Source: an uncultured cyanobacterium
GTDB lineage: Bacteria; Cyanobacteriota; Cyanobacteriia; Cyanobacteriales; Microcystaceae
Assembly (NCBI GenBank): GCA_963807635.1
Contig: CAWEDJ010000058.1
Span: 1-16,898, forward strand
DNA: 16,898 nt
Direction: 5' to 3'
Shown: positions 1-9,840 of the stretch, one piece after another
Layout: every line of letters begins with the position of its first letter
Position numbering within the stretch: the stretch's first letter is position 1
Translations under genes and position numbers: made by a program
The notes under the pieces: generated by a model
Databases searched by the model: none
Seen by the model: the letters and a program-made list of their open reading frames with translations, nothing else
Told to the model about the DNA's origin: nothing

Positions 1-689
1 TAAATAATGCGGTCTGCCACATCCAAAATGCGGTTGTCATGAGTCACCATCAAAATCGTACAACCCTGTTCTTTAGCCAATTTTTGCATTAAATTCACTA
101 CATCCCGCCCCGATTTACTATCCAAAGCGGCCGTTGGTTCATCGGCCAACACAACCCTCGGATGACTAACCAAGGCTCTGGCGATAGCGACTCGTTGTTT
201 TTGACCCCCCGAAAGGCCCGTTGGATAATAATGAATACGATCTCCAAGTCCAACCGCTTCTAACATTTGAGTTGCCCGTTCATAGCGTTCTGTCGGAGAA
301 ATGTTTGAATGAAGTTGCAGAGACATTTGCACATTTTGCAAAGCCGTTAAACTTTTGAGTAAATTATGAGCCTGAAAAATATAACCAATTTTGCGACGAG
401 CTTGGATTAATTGCTCCTGATTCGCGCCCAATAACTCTTGATTGAGTAATTGTAAACTACCCTCCTGGGGAGAACGTAGCCCACAAATTAGGGTTAATAA
501 GGTTGTTTTTCCAGACCCCGATGGCCCCGTCATTAAAACAATTTCCCCTGGATAAATATCTAAATTAATATCAAAAAGAGCCTGTTTTTTTAAGGAGCCT
601 TGGCCAAAGTAGTGATTGAGATTTCTAACACAAATAACGGGTTGATTCTCAAGACAGTGAGTTTGATTGGATAACGTAAGAGTTTGCAT
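1..689 (-). CDS. devA: DevA-family ABC exporter ATP-binding subunit (3' end runs off the window)
   Basis: Not in the ORF track. Hand translation from ATG at 689: MQTLTLSNQTHCLENQPVICVRNLNHYFGQGSLKKQALFDINLDIYPGEIVLMTGPSGSGKTTLL...IGYIFQAHNLL...LSGGQKQRVAIARAL...LMVTHDNRILDVADRII. Walker A, Q-loop, signature and H-loop are present; it follows devB-devC. Confidence 0.95.
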   Translation of the reverse strand, partial: MQTLTLSNQTHCLENQPVICVRNLNHYFGQGSLKKQALFDINLDIYPGEIVLMTGPSGSGKTTLLTLICGLRSPQEGSLQLLNQELLGANQEQLIQARRKIGYIFQAHNLLKSLTALQNVQMSLQLHSNISPTERYERATQMLEAVGLGDRIHYYPTGLSGGQKQRVAIARALVSHPRVVLADEPTAALDSKSGRDVVNLMQKLAKEQGCTILMVTHDNRILDVADRII

Positions 690-790
690 AAGTTTTGAAT
701 AATAAATTTTAAAATAATATCAAATCTGCTTTTTAAAATAGTCTTAAAATTTAGTAGAGGTTTAATTTTCAAAACCATAAAACAAAAATC

Positions 791-1960
791 TTAAAAAATA
801 TCAGCAGGATCGGCAGACCGTAATTTTTTAGTCGCAATTCCCCCAGAAATTGTACACATGATAATTGTTAAAATTAAAACTGTAATTGCTCGACTGACGG
901 TCATAAATAGCGGTAAATTCGTGGCATTACGGGTTAATTCATATAAACCAATCGCGATCGCTGAACCAGGGAGAAAACCAAGGAGAGCCAAAATCAGAGC
1001 TTCTTGAAAAACGACGATTAATAAATAGGAATTGCGATAACCCATTGCCTTGAGGGTGGCATATTCAGCCAAATGATCCGCCACATCACTGGACAAAATT
1101 TGATAAACAATGACCACGCCCACCACAAAGCCGATCGCCGTTCCCATTGTGAAAATAAAACCAATAGAAGTATTCTCTGACCAATAAGTTTTTTCAAAAT
1201 CAATAAATTCCGCTTTAGTTAAAACCCTGACATCACTGGGCAAATTTAGCTTTAATGTTTGGGCCATTTGTTGGGGATCAATTCCTGGTTTTAACTTGAG
1301 TAAACCTGCACTAACTTGAGAAGGATGACGACGAGTTAAGATGCGATGAAAATTCAAATCACTGGTGATCACATTCCCATCAGCCGCAAAAGAAGCTCCC
1401 GAAAGAAATAATCCTTTTATATTAATTTTTCGTTCCTGAATTTCGGTAGAAACTGTTTTTCCTTGTTCCAAATTGATTAATGTTGTTGCATAATTCCCCC
1501 GCGAACCTCGATCAAAAAGCAAAACATCAGGCATTTTTAATTTTTCTAAATTCTGCTCCACTTCGGGTATCAAAAAAGCAGATTTTTCTGGCTTAAATCC
1601 TAATAATAAGACGGAAGTTTTGAGATTAGTTTGGGGATTTTTCCAATCCACAAAATCAGCATAAAGAGGATCTGCGCTGGCCACACCATCAAAACTTAAG
1701 GCTTGATATAATCTTCGTCGTGGAAAAGTATCTAAACTAACGATGTTTCTTCCCTGGGGACTAATTAAAAGTAAATCTGCATTAATTGTTTGGTGTAATT
1801 GAGTATTACTATCATAAAGGGCAGTTTGAAAACCCAATTGAATAAACATCAACATATCCGCAAAAGCAATTCCTGCCATTGCGACTAATAATCGACTTTT
1901 TTCTCGACTTAGTTGTAACCAAGCCAAAGGAATTTCACGAGTTTTAGGTACTTTTTTCAT
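791..1960 (-). CDS. devC: DevC-family ABC exporter permease (FtsX/MacB-like)
   Basis: N-terminal PLAWLQL...RLLVAMAGIAFADMLMFIQLGFQ, EYATLKAMGY and C-terminal KLRSADPADIF are typical DevC motifs; operon position between devB and devA. Confidence 0.95.
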   Translation of the reverse strand: MKKVPKTREIPLAWLQLSREKSRLLVAMAGIAFADMLMFIQLGFQTALYDSNTQLHQTINADLLLISPQGRNIVSLDTFPRRRLYQALSFDGVASADPLYADFVDWKNPQTNLKTSVLLLGFKPEKSAFLIPEVEQNLEKLKMPDVLLFDRGSRGNYATTLINLEQGKTVSTEIQERKINIKGLFLSGASFAADGNVITSDLNFHRILTRRHPSQVSAGLLKLKPGIDPQQMAQTLKLNLPSDVRVLTKAEFIDFEKTYWSENTSIGFIFTMGTAIGFVVGVVIVYQILSSDVADHLAEYATLKAMGYRNSYLLIVVFQEALILALLGFLPGSAIAIGLYELTRNATNLPLFMTVSRAITVLILTIIMCTISGGIATKKLRSADPADIF

Positions 1961-1997
1961 GGTTTTTCTCGAATTTTTTATTCAAAAAAAGGTTTTA

Positions 1998-2030
1998 TCC
2001 CCCTAAATCCCCCTTGATAAGGGGGACTTT
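1998..2030. repeat. REP-like cyanobacterial short palindromic dispersed repeat between devB and devC
   Basis: TCCCCCTAAATCCCCCTTGATAAGGGGGACTTT contains the perfect stem TCCCCCTT-GAT-AAGGGGGA (2008-2026) in an AT-rich spacer. It resembles the CCCCCTT...AAGGGGG intergenic repeats common in cyanobacteria (recalled). Confidence 0.65.
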
Positions 2031-2098
2031 AAATCATTAAGTATTTATGGTAATAATAAGATTCATATTTTTCTAAAATTTATAAGAAATATTGTGAA

Positions 2099-3400
2099 TT
2101 ATTGAGTTTTAATTGCAACCGTCACTTGGAGATTTGTAAAGGCTTGAACTTTAGGACTACTAGCAGGATTAAGTTGAATTTTGACTTCCACAATTCGAGC
2201 ATCGGTGGCGGCAGTGGGATCAGTATTTAAAACATTATTCTTGTAAATTTGTAACCCAATTTCTTTGACTCGACCGACCGCCTCTCCCGAAAAAGCATCA
2301 CTAGTCACAATCGCTTTTTGTCCGATTTTTAGCCGTTTAACATCGGTTTCATAGACTTCAGCTACCGCGATCATCTGATTGGTTTGCCCCAGTTCGACAA
2401 TACCGTTATTACCGACAATTTCTCCGTCCCAGGTATGGATTTTTAACACCTGGCCGATCCCTCGGCGATCGCACATAGGCAAGGGCGAATTTGCCTGGGC
2501 TTTTTTGACCGAGGCGATCGCAGAATTCACGTCAGCTTGGGCCGCTTCCACATCAACAAGACGAACTTCAGTAACTTTATTTAAAGTAGAACGAGCCTCA
2601 TTAATTTGCTGTTGACCCGTCCGTTCAATGCGTTCTAGGGCGGCTTTTGCTTCTTTAATTTGTTGCCGAGTCGTGCGCTCTGTCCGTTCTAAATTTGCTT
2701 TGGCTTCGGCTAACTGTTGACGACTGGTTTCTAGATTTAACCCCTTACTGTCGTAAATAGAGGCAGAAACGGCTCCTTCTTTACTTAATTGTTGATAGCG
2801 TTGATATTCTACTTTAGCATTGGCTAATTCGGCTTTTAATTTACGAATACTCGCTTTTTGAGAGGAAATATCCCCCATTAATTGAGCCTCTAATCGATCA
2901 ATGGTTGCCTGTTGGGTCTGGCGATCGCCGTTTAACTGAGCTTCTATGCGTTGAATCGTGGATTGTTGCGCCCCAATTTCCCCTGTTTTGGCCCCTGCTT
3001 TCACCTGTGCCAATTTAGATTGATTGACCTTTACCTGTTCCTTGGCCTGTTCTAATTCTGCCTGTAGGCGATCGCGACTATCGAGAACCGCAATAATTTC
3101 TCCTTTTTTGACTAAATCTCCCTGTTTAACCAAAAGTTGAGCCACCCGACTGCCACTCGTTGAAGCCGCAAGTTTAATCACTTCTCCCTGGGGTTCCAAA
3201 CGCCCTAATGCTGTCACAGACTTGGCTACAATGGGTTTAGCGACAGGAAGAGGTTCGGGTGTTTTTGCTTGGGTAAATCCGTAACCAATTAAGCCAATTA
3301 CAGCGATCGCGCCTATGCCGATTATGACGCTCCTCCGTTGTCCTGTAGCGTTAGGAACGGTCGTATTGACTGATTTTGCGGGCTTTTCCAGAGTCTGCAT
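2099..3400 (-). CDS. devB: DevB-family membrane fusion (periplasmic adaptor) protein
   Basis: N-terminal TM helix, VTALGRLEPQGEVIKL, long coiled coil, VAEVYETD and DARIVEVKIQL. Compensating indels at ~2456 and ~2488 give SPLPMCDRRGI where the alternative frame reads ALAYVRSPRD. Confidence 0.95.
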   Translation of the reverse strand: MQTLEKPAKSVNTTVPNATGQRRSVIIGIGAIAVIGLIGYGFTQAKTPEPLPVAKPIVAKSVTALGRLEPQGEVIKLAASTSGSRVAQLLVKQGDLVKKGEIIAVLDSRDRLQAELEQAKEQVKVNQSKLAQVKAGAKTGEIGAQQSTIQRIEAQLNGDRQTQQATIDRLEAQLMGDISSQKASIRKLKAELANAKVEYQRYQQLSKEGAVSASIYDSKGLNLETSRQQLAEAKANLERTERTTRQQIKEAKAALERIERTGQQQINEARSTLNKVTEVRLVDVEAAQADVNSAIASVKKAQANSPLPMCDRRGIGQVLKIHTWDGEIVGNNGIVELGQTNQMIAVAEVYETDVKRLKIGQKAIVTSDAFSGEAVGRVKEIGLQIYKNNVLNTDPTAATDARIVEVKIQLNPASSPKVQAFTNLQVTVAIKTQ

Positions 3401-3451
3401 CGATAAAAACCTCCAAGGGAAATGAGGGTCAGTTAATCTGTCGGGTGATGA

Positions 3452-3518
3452 CTATGCAAAAAAATGAATATAAACTTTGCATAATAAGAATGTATAGTAA
3501 ACAAATTGTATATGTCAA
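3452..3518. promoter_or_regulatory. Divergent devB/padR control region with a putative PadR operator and devB promoter
   Basis: CTATGCA-N6-TGAATAT (3452-3471); perfect inverted repeat TATGCAAA-N15-TTTGCATA (3453-3483); minus-strand TTGACA (3518-3513)-N18-TACATT (3494-3489) pointing at devB. Confidence 0.6.
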
Positions 3519-3530
3519 GGAGAAAATTTA

Positions 3531-4082
3531 ATGGCGTTACCCCAGGCTCTTTTGGCCTCTCTATTGGTAGATGGCCCCTGTAGCGGTTATGACATGGTGA
3601 AGCGGTTTGATGAAAAAATCAGTTGTTATTGGATGGCTTCCCATCAACAGGTTTACAAAACCCTACGGGAACTGGAAAACGCTGGTTGGGTAAGCTCCGA
3701 AACCATCACGCAAACCAGTCGTCCCAACAAAAATATTTACAGCATCACCTCCCTGGGTAAAGAAAACTTAGCCCATTGGGTACTTACGCCCAGTGAACCG
3801 ACAACCATCCGCGAAGATTTAATGATCAAAACTCAGGTTGGTTTTCTGGTTCCCCGTCCCGCTATTTTGGATGAATTGAAGCGTCGTCATCAAATTCACC
3901 TAGAAAATTTGGCGGTTCTTAAAACGATTGAAAAAGAAGAATTTGGCAAGATAGAAACCCTTTCTCTAGCGGAAAAGTTCGACTATTTAACTCTGCGTCG
4001 AGGGATTAGATTTGAATCCGATTGGGTGCTGTGGTGTGAAGAAGCGATTGAAATGATTGAAACCCATCAAGAAGATCAATAA
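3531..4082 (+). CDS. PadR-family transcriptional regulator (AphA-like, with C-terminal dimerisation domain)
   Basis: MALPQALLASL...SGYDM...WMASHQQVYKTLRELE..GWV...RPNKNIYSIT..G winged-helix motif; C-terminal YLTLRRGIRFESDWVLWCEE; RBS AAGGAG at 3517-3522. Confidence 0.92.
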   Translation: MALPQALLASLLVDGPCSGYDMVKRFDEKISCYWMASHQQVYKTLRELENAGWVSSETITQTSRPNKNIYSITSLGKENLAHWVLTPSEPTTIREDLMIKTQVGFLVPRPAILDELKRRHQIHLENLAVLKTIEKEEFGKIETLSLAEKFDYLTLRRGIRFESDWVLWCEEAIEMIETHQEDQ

Positions 4083-4184
4083 CATCAGACATAATCAATG
4101 AAAATTTTACACGCTTAAAAATATTTCTGGAGTGATCGGCGATCGCTTTTACAATAAGAACTGTTAATTACTCAGGTAACTTTT

Positions 4185-4718
4185 ATGAAATGGGTTGTTT
4201 CTCTCTTTCTCGTCCTATCAGTGGTTTTATCGGTTAATTTAACCGCAATGCCGTCTGCCCTAGCAAATTCTGCAATCAACCAACCCACAATTCTGGCCGC
4301 CCTTTCCCTGGTCTCCAATCTGTTTCGGGGTTCCGTTCCTAGCAACCTCGGCGTAAAAAATCAGCAATTATCCCCCTGCCCCGCTTCTCCTAATTGCGTA
4401 GTCAGCCAAAATGGAGACAAAACCCATGCGATCGCGCCGATTCCCTATCAAGGCAGTCTAGAACAGGCGAAAGAAACGTTAGTCAAAGTTTTGTCTGTTG
4501 TTCCTCGCACCGAAATTATTGAGCAGACCGACGATTATATCCAAGCCGAATCCAGCAGTAAATTATTGGGATTTGTTGACGATGTCGAATTTTATTTCCC
4601 CAAAGATGCCAAAATAATCCAAGTACGATCAGCTTCTCGATTAGGAGATTCTGATTTAGGGGTTAATCGCAGACGCATTGAGCAAATTCGTTTAGCAATG
4701 AAGGACTTAGGCGTTTAA
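4185..4718 (+). CDS. DUF1499 domain-containing exported protein
   Basis: Signal-peptide-like N terminus; LSPCPASPNCVVSQ, GFVDDVEF and VRSASRLGDSDLGVNRRRIEQIR are DUF1499 motifs. Confidence 0.9.
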   Translation: MKWVVSLFLVLSVVLSVNLTAMPSALANSAINQPTILAALSLVSNLFRGSVPSNLGVKNQQLSPCPASPNCVVSQNGDKTHAIAPIPYQGSLEQAKETLVKVLSVVPRTEIIEQTDDYIQAESSSKLLGFVDDVEFYFPKDAKIIQVRSASRLGDSDLGVNRRRIEQIRLAMKDLGV

Positions 4719-4782
4719 TTTTAACTGGAAAAAGCGATCGCCTATCAAAGATAAATTGTATAACCAAAGAACTGTTGAAATA

Positions 4783-6319
4783 ATGTTAAATAAACGCTCT
4801 AGTGGAATTTTATTACATCCGACTTCCCTCCCCAACCGTTTTGGTATAGGAGATTTGGGGGATGTGGCCTATCGGTTTATTGATTTTTTATCGTCTAGTA
4901 ATCAAAGTATTTGGCAAATTCTACCCTTAGGGGCCGACGGGTTACGGTGATTCTCCCTATCTTTGCTATTCTTCTTTAGCGGTTAATCCCTTACTCATTA
5001 GTCCCGAAAAATTGGTAGAAGAGGGATTATTAGAAACCTATGATTTAGATAATATTCCTGCGTTTCCCTTGGATACTGTTGACTTTGAAGCAGTTAGGCA
5101 ATTTAAAGTTCCCCTATTTAAAAAAGCCTGCGATAATTTTCAAAAAAAATTCCTTAAAACTTTAACAGTTGATTTTCATAAATTTTGTCAAGTTCAAGGT
5201 TATTGGTTAGAAGATTATGCCCTCTTCATGGCTCTCAAAGAATTCCATGCAGGCAGCAGTTGGAATAGTTGGGAAACCGATCTCGTTAAACGAAAACCAG
5301 AGGTTTTAGCGGCTTGGAAAGAACGTCTCAAAGAAACGATTTTCTATCATCAATTCTTACAATTTATCGTTTTTCGTCAGTGGGCTGCACTTAAAATCTA
5401 CGCTAACGACCAAGATATTTACATTTTTGGGGATATTCCCATTTATGTTGCCCATGATAGTTCCGATGTCTGGGCTAATCCTGATATTTTTTGCCTCAAT
5501 GAAGAAACGGGGAATGCGGCCCTCATGGCGGGGGTTCCTCCTGATTATTTTAGTGAAACAGGTCAACTGTGGGGAAATCCTGTTTATAACTGGGAAAAAT
5601 TAGCAGAAACGGATTTTGCTTGGTGGATACAACGATTTAAGGCAACTTTGCAGTATGTTGATATTGTCCGCATTGACCATTTTCGAGGATTTGATGCCTT
5701 TTGGGGCGTTGTTGAAGGAGAAAAAACTGCCATCAATGGAGAATGGGTTGATGCTCCTGGTCGTGCTTTTTTAACCACTCTTAAGGAGAATTTGGGGGAA
5801 AATTTACCGATTGTGGCGGAGGATTTGGGCGTAATTACTCCTGGTGTCGAAGCTCTGCGGGATGATTTTGGTTTTCCTGGGATGAAAATTCTGCATTTTG
5901 CCTTTGATTCAGACCGAGCTAATTCTTTTTTACCGTTTAATTATACGAATCGTAATGCGGTGGTTTATACGGGAACCCACGACAACGATACAACGGTCGG
6001 TTGGTTTCAAGCGCGATCGCCCGAAGAACAAAAACGAGTCACCGATTATTTAGGCTGTGTTTGTGAGCAAGGCATCCATTGGTCTTTAATTCGATTAGCA
6101 ATGGGATCTGTCGCCAATCTCGCCATTTTCCCCCTACAGGATATTTTAGGGTTGGGTAATGAGTCTCGCATGAACCTACCAGGCACAGCCGATGGCAATT
6201 GGGGCTGGCGTTACCGAGAAGACTCTCTAAACAGTTGGATGAAGGAACATTTGGGATGGCTAACTGAACTCTATGGTCGTCGGGTTTATCATCCCCCCAA
6301 AGCTGAGGAGCGGGAATAA
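4783..6319 (+). CDS. malQ: 4-alpha-glucanotransferase (amylomaltase, GH77); one +1 frame break at 4930-4933
   Basis: RSSGILLHPTSLP, WQILPL then GPTGYGDSPY after removing one G, GVPPDYFSETGQLWGNP, RIDHFRGF, AEDLG, YTGTHDNDT. Joins track ORFs 4756-4950 and 5012-6319. Confidence 0.95.
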
Positions 6320-6347
6320 TCCTTACAGCATCGGGACGAGTTGAATA

Positions 6348-8166
6348 TTACCAAGGATCGACAATGGATTTGAAGGGAGCGATGACTGTGTCTTCCTTGC
6401 CTTCATTTTCGTCATCGGGTAATAAAAATTCTTCGATCGCCAGTTCAGATTTCAGATCCGCAACAGTAGAATTTGCAGGCTTGGGAGTCACAGAGGGCGA
6501 TCGCGGAGTAACTTCTTTTTTAAAAGCCCCCCATTTTTCGGGATTAGCAAACTCTTCATAAAGCTGAGTATCGCTAATCAAAGTAACTTCTGAGAGATCA
6601 ATCTCTGCATCATCAAGAGCCATAAGCGGCAGGGTTTGAGGAGAAAAGTCATCGCTTTCATCAATAAACTCCTCGTTTAACTCAGGAGCCGTTGCCGTCA
6701 TCAATTTTTTGAATTCCACAAAAGCCTTATTGACATCCGCTAGGGATTTTTCTAAATCCGTTAATCGTTTTTGAAAGTCAGGCGATAAAGTTGCAACAGG
6801 CTGAACTTGACCGAGGGAAAATAGAGCATCGGGAAAGACACGGAAAAATTCCTCTAGGGTTGTTTCTCCTGCCAACACTTGGTCTAGAGCATCGTTAATG
6901 AGGGTTTTCATTCCCTGGGCGAGGACAACTTCCCTCAATTTTTCAGGCTCAGTATTCTGGGCAATAACAGAACGCAGACTAGGGTTAATCGTCAGGACTT
7001 CATAAACTCCCACTTGCCCGTGATAGCCCGCCCCATTACATTGACGACATAATCGGCCTTTCAGTCGATATTGCTGAATTAATTCCTGGTTGAGGGTATT
7101 GGCTCGATAAAAATGACTCGATTGACGTTGACGGGGAGAAAGTTGTAATTGCTGTAATTCTTCCTTTTCGGGTTGATGCACCAAGCGACAAGTCGGACAA
7201 ACGCGGCGGAGTAATCGTTGGTTAATAATGCCACTCAGATTTTCTGCTAAAAAGGACGGTTTTACCCACTCGCTTAATTGCGCGATCGCCGAAACCGCAT
7301 CTTGGGCAGAGAGACTGGTCAACACCAAATGCCCCTGATTAACGGAGTCCAGAACAGCCTGAGCCGTCTCCCAATCCTCCATTTGATCCACCAGGATCAC
7401 ATCCACATCTTGACGAGCTAAAGAGTCTCAGGGCCTGAGCATAGGTAAAACCGTGATCTCGGTCAACTTCCACTTGAGTAATGCCAGGAAGGGTTCGACG
7501 AATCGGGTCTTCAAGGCTGGCTAAATTACGATCTTTTTGTTGAGCTAGGCAAGCTTCTAGGGTGGTAGAAATTCCAGCATAAGCAGGCCCCGTCACCAGA
7601 ATTAAACCTGATTTACGGTTATTTAGAGCTTTTATCGCGGTTTGACTTGTTTTATCCGAAATGAGTGTCTCTACATCAGCCAGTTCACTCACGGATTCCA
7701 CAATACGAACAACGATCTTTTCCCCATAGAAACTGGGTAGGGTATGAATAAAAAAATAAACAGGATTACCGTTATAACTTTTACGCAGTCGTCCCTTTTG
7801 AGGAATTTTGGTTTGGGTGATATCCAATCCAACCATTGCTTTGAGACGATTAATGATCGGAGTTATCATTTTTTTTGGGAGGGGATCAAGCAGCGATCGC
7901 AAATTCCCCCCCTGACGAATCCGAACAACCAATTTATTTTCTTCTGGCTCAAGATGAAGCTCAGATGCTTTTTCCCGCATTCCCATAATGAGAATTTTAT
8001 TGACCAGCCCGATGATCGGAGCCTCGTCCTGGTCAGGAACACGATTCAAATTTTCCTCGATAGGGCGTTGACCCTCATGAAACGGTGCTTCTTCAAAAAT
8101 TTCCGTCACATCAACAACGGTGGCCTCGACCTCCGCCTTAGAATTCTTGTCAGAGTATTGATTCAC
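6348..8166 (-). CDS. GspE/PilB-family protein with degenerate ATPase motifs (PilB2-like); +1 frame break at ~7421-7430
   Basis: GTG start with GGAGGG RBS. APIIGLVNKIL, ASELHLEP, YGEKIVVRI, LEDP, RQDVDVILVD, GHLVLTSL, QRLLRRVCPTC, CRQCNGAGYHGQVGVYEVL, GMKTL and GETTLEE match the family. Joins track ORFs 7339-8166 and 6348-7406. Confidence 0.88.
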
Positions 8167-8350
8167 CTAGCCCTCCTAGAATTTGTGAGGAGAATAATTT
8201 TTGAACCAATGTTCAGAAGCGGGAAGCCAGAGGGGTCAACACCAAAAAACACAGCTCAAAATCTGCAAAAGAAGTTACTACCTATAAAATACCCAACCTT
8301 TGGCCAAAGTTCACCAAGGTTGGGAAGAAAAGTCCAAGAGAATTGACAAT

Positions 8351-9748
8351 TTATCCCTGGGGACGAGCAGGAACTGCCGCTAATTGTTCATTTCGCATCA
8401 AGTTTGCCATCGCATATTCCAAATGGGTTCCCGCATCAACGGCGACCCAACCGTTATTGGTTAAATGCCGCCATTCAAAGTGCAAGTGAGTCCCCGTCGA
8501 TAGACCCGTACTACCCACACGACCAATAACTTCACCTTTTTGTACCGATTGTCCTGCTTTAACCAATACTTCCGAAAGGTGGGCATAGCGAGATTCTTGA
8601 GTTCCTTCTAGGTGACGAAGAACAACCATCAGTCCATAGCCGCCTGACCAATCCGCCATCGAAACTTCACCCGCATAGGCCGCTAAAACGGGCGTTCCTG
8701 TGGGCGCACCTAAATCCGTTCCTGAGTGCATCCGACCTGTTCCTGTGACAGGATGAATCCGCCAACCAAACGCTGAAGTCAGAGGGACTGCCATCGGTAA
8801 GGGGAAGAGTAAATCCGTATTTTCCTGTCTGACATTGGGAGCCGTAGGAGCGTAGGAAGTGGTGGCGCGGTTGTATTCCTGTAGGGGGGCAAGGGCGATG
8901 GAGATTCCCCGACGGATAATGGGTTCTAGGCTAACGACTTGATTGGGATTGATATTGCTGGAATTATTGCTATAGGACGAGCGATTGGGACGATTACGAT
9001 AATACTGGGAAGAAGACGGTTGGAACGCGATCGCTGTTACAGGGGAAATGCGGGGAGAACGACGAAGGAAATTATTGGCAGAAACCCTCGTCTGAGTACG
9101 GGCTAGTCGTTGATAACGAGGAACAACAGATTGGGCAACGGTGGCATTGGATGAACGACGACGGGATGCCGTAGCACCGCCACAACCCCGATTGAGGGAG
9201 CCACCTTGCACGACAGTCCGACAACCCGTTGACCGTTCACTTAAAACAACAGAAGGAGTTGAATCGGTTTTTGGCGATTTCCCAACAGAATAATCTGTCG
9301 TATCAATATAACTATTTTTACCCTGTAGAGAGTTGCGGATGCTAGAGGGTTGGGTTTCGATGGGAGCGTTACCCACGACGGGGGAAGTGGTGGAAATAGA
9401 AATTCTGGGAGCCGAGAGCCTGACCCTGGGAGTTGCAACCGCACTTTGGTCTGGATTGGAGCGACGACGACTAGCACGAGAGGGGGATGGAGCAACGATG
9501 TCTACTTTGGGACGGGGGGCCGCAATGGGGGCAACGCTTGGAGGGGCAGGCGTTGAATCCACAAAGCTGGGGGCGGGGGCATCGGGAATGCTTAGGGTTT
9601 CTGTTGCGATCGCCGAAGGAATCAAAAAATTAGTGCTTAAAAGTCCGAGTCCTCCCAGGATAGCAACACTCTGTTGAAAGATTTTTTTAGCGTTGCCGAT
9701 GGGGGCTGTTGTAGATTTAGGAAATTTAGAAGACATCATTGGTTCCAA
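8351..9748 (-). CDS. M23-family metallopeptidase with long low-complexity N-terminal region
   Basis: TSAFGWRIHPVTG..RMHSGTDLG (HxxxD), GGYGLMVVL, YAHLS and STGTHLHFE (HxH); hydrophobic export-signal-like segment. The start may instead be ATG at 9739. Confidence 0.92.
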   Translation of the reverse strand: MEPMMSSKFPKSTTAPIGNAKKIFQQSVAILGGLGLLSTNFLIPSAIATETLSIPDAPAPSFVDSTPAPPSVAPIAAPRPKVDIVAPSPSRASRRRSNPDQSAVATPRVRLSAPRISISTTSPVVGNAPIETQPSSIRNSLQGKNSYIDTTDYSVGKSPKTDSTPSVVLSERSTGCRTVVQGGSLNRGCGGATASRRRSSNATVAQSVVPRYQRLARTQTRVSANNFLRRSPRISPVTAIAFQPSSSQYYRNRPNRSSYSNNSSNINPNQVVSLEPIIRRGISIALAPLQEYNRATTSYAPTAPNVRQENTDLLFPLPMAVPLTSAFGWRIHPVTGTGRMHSGTDLGAPTGTPVLAAYAGEVSMADWSGGYGLMVVLRHLEGTQESRYAHLSEVLVKAGQSVQKGEVIGRVGSTGLSTGTHLHFEWRHLTNNGWVAVDAGTHLEYAMANLMRNEQLAAVPARPQG

Positions 9749-9840
9749 TACTCACACCTAGAGATTTCGCGTCGTAATAATTCTATCGGTTAACCTGAAA
9801 ATTGCCAAGTTAATAAAGTCGAATCCGTTCTTCCCCAACA

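Noticed and set aside
590..778. 62-aa minus-strand ORF
   Set aside because: Out-of-frame overlap with the real devA 5' end (ATG 689) and an AT-rich spacer; no recognisable motif.
700..790. Recurring TTTTAAAATA in the devC-devA gap
   Set aside because: Expected in very AT-rich DNA; spacing is irregular.
7744..8346. 200-aa plus-strand ORF
   Set aside because: Antisense shadow of the PilB-like gene and its upstream region; no motifs.
9241..9677. Three short ORFs overlapping the M23 gene
   Set aside because: Alternative-frame or antisense products of a GC-rich low-complexity coding stretch.
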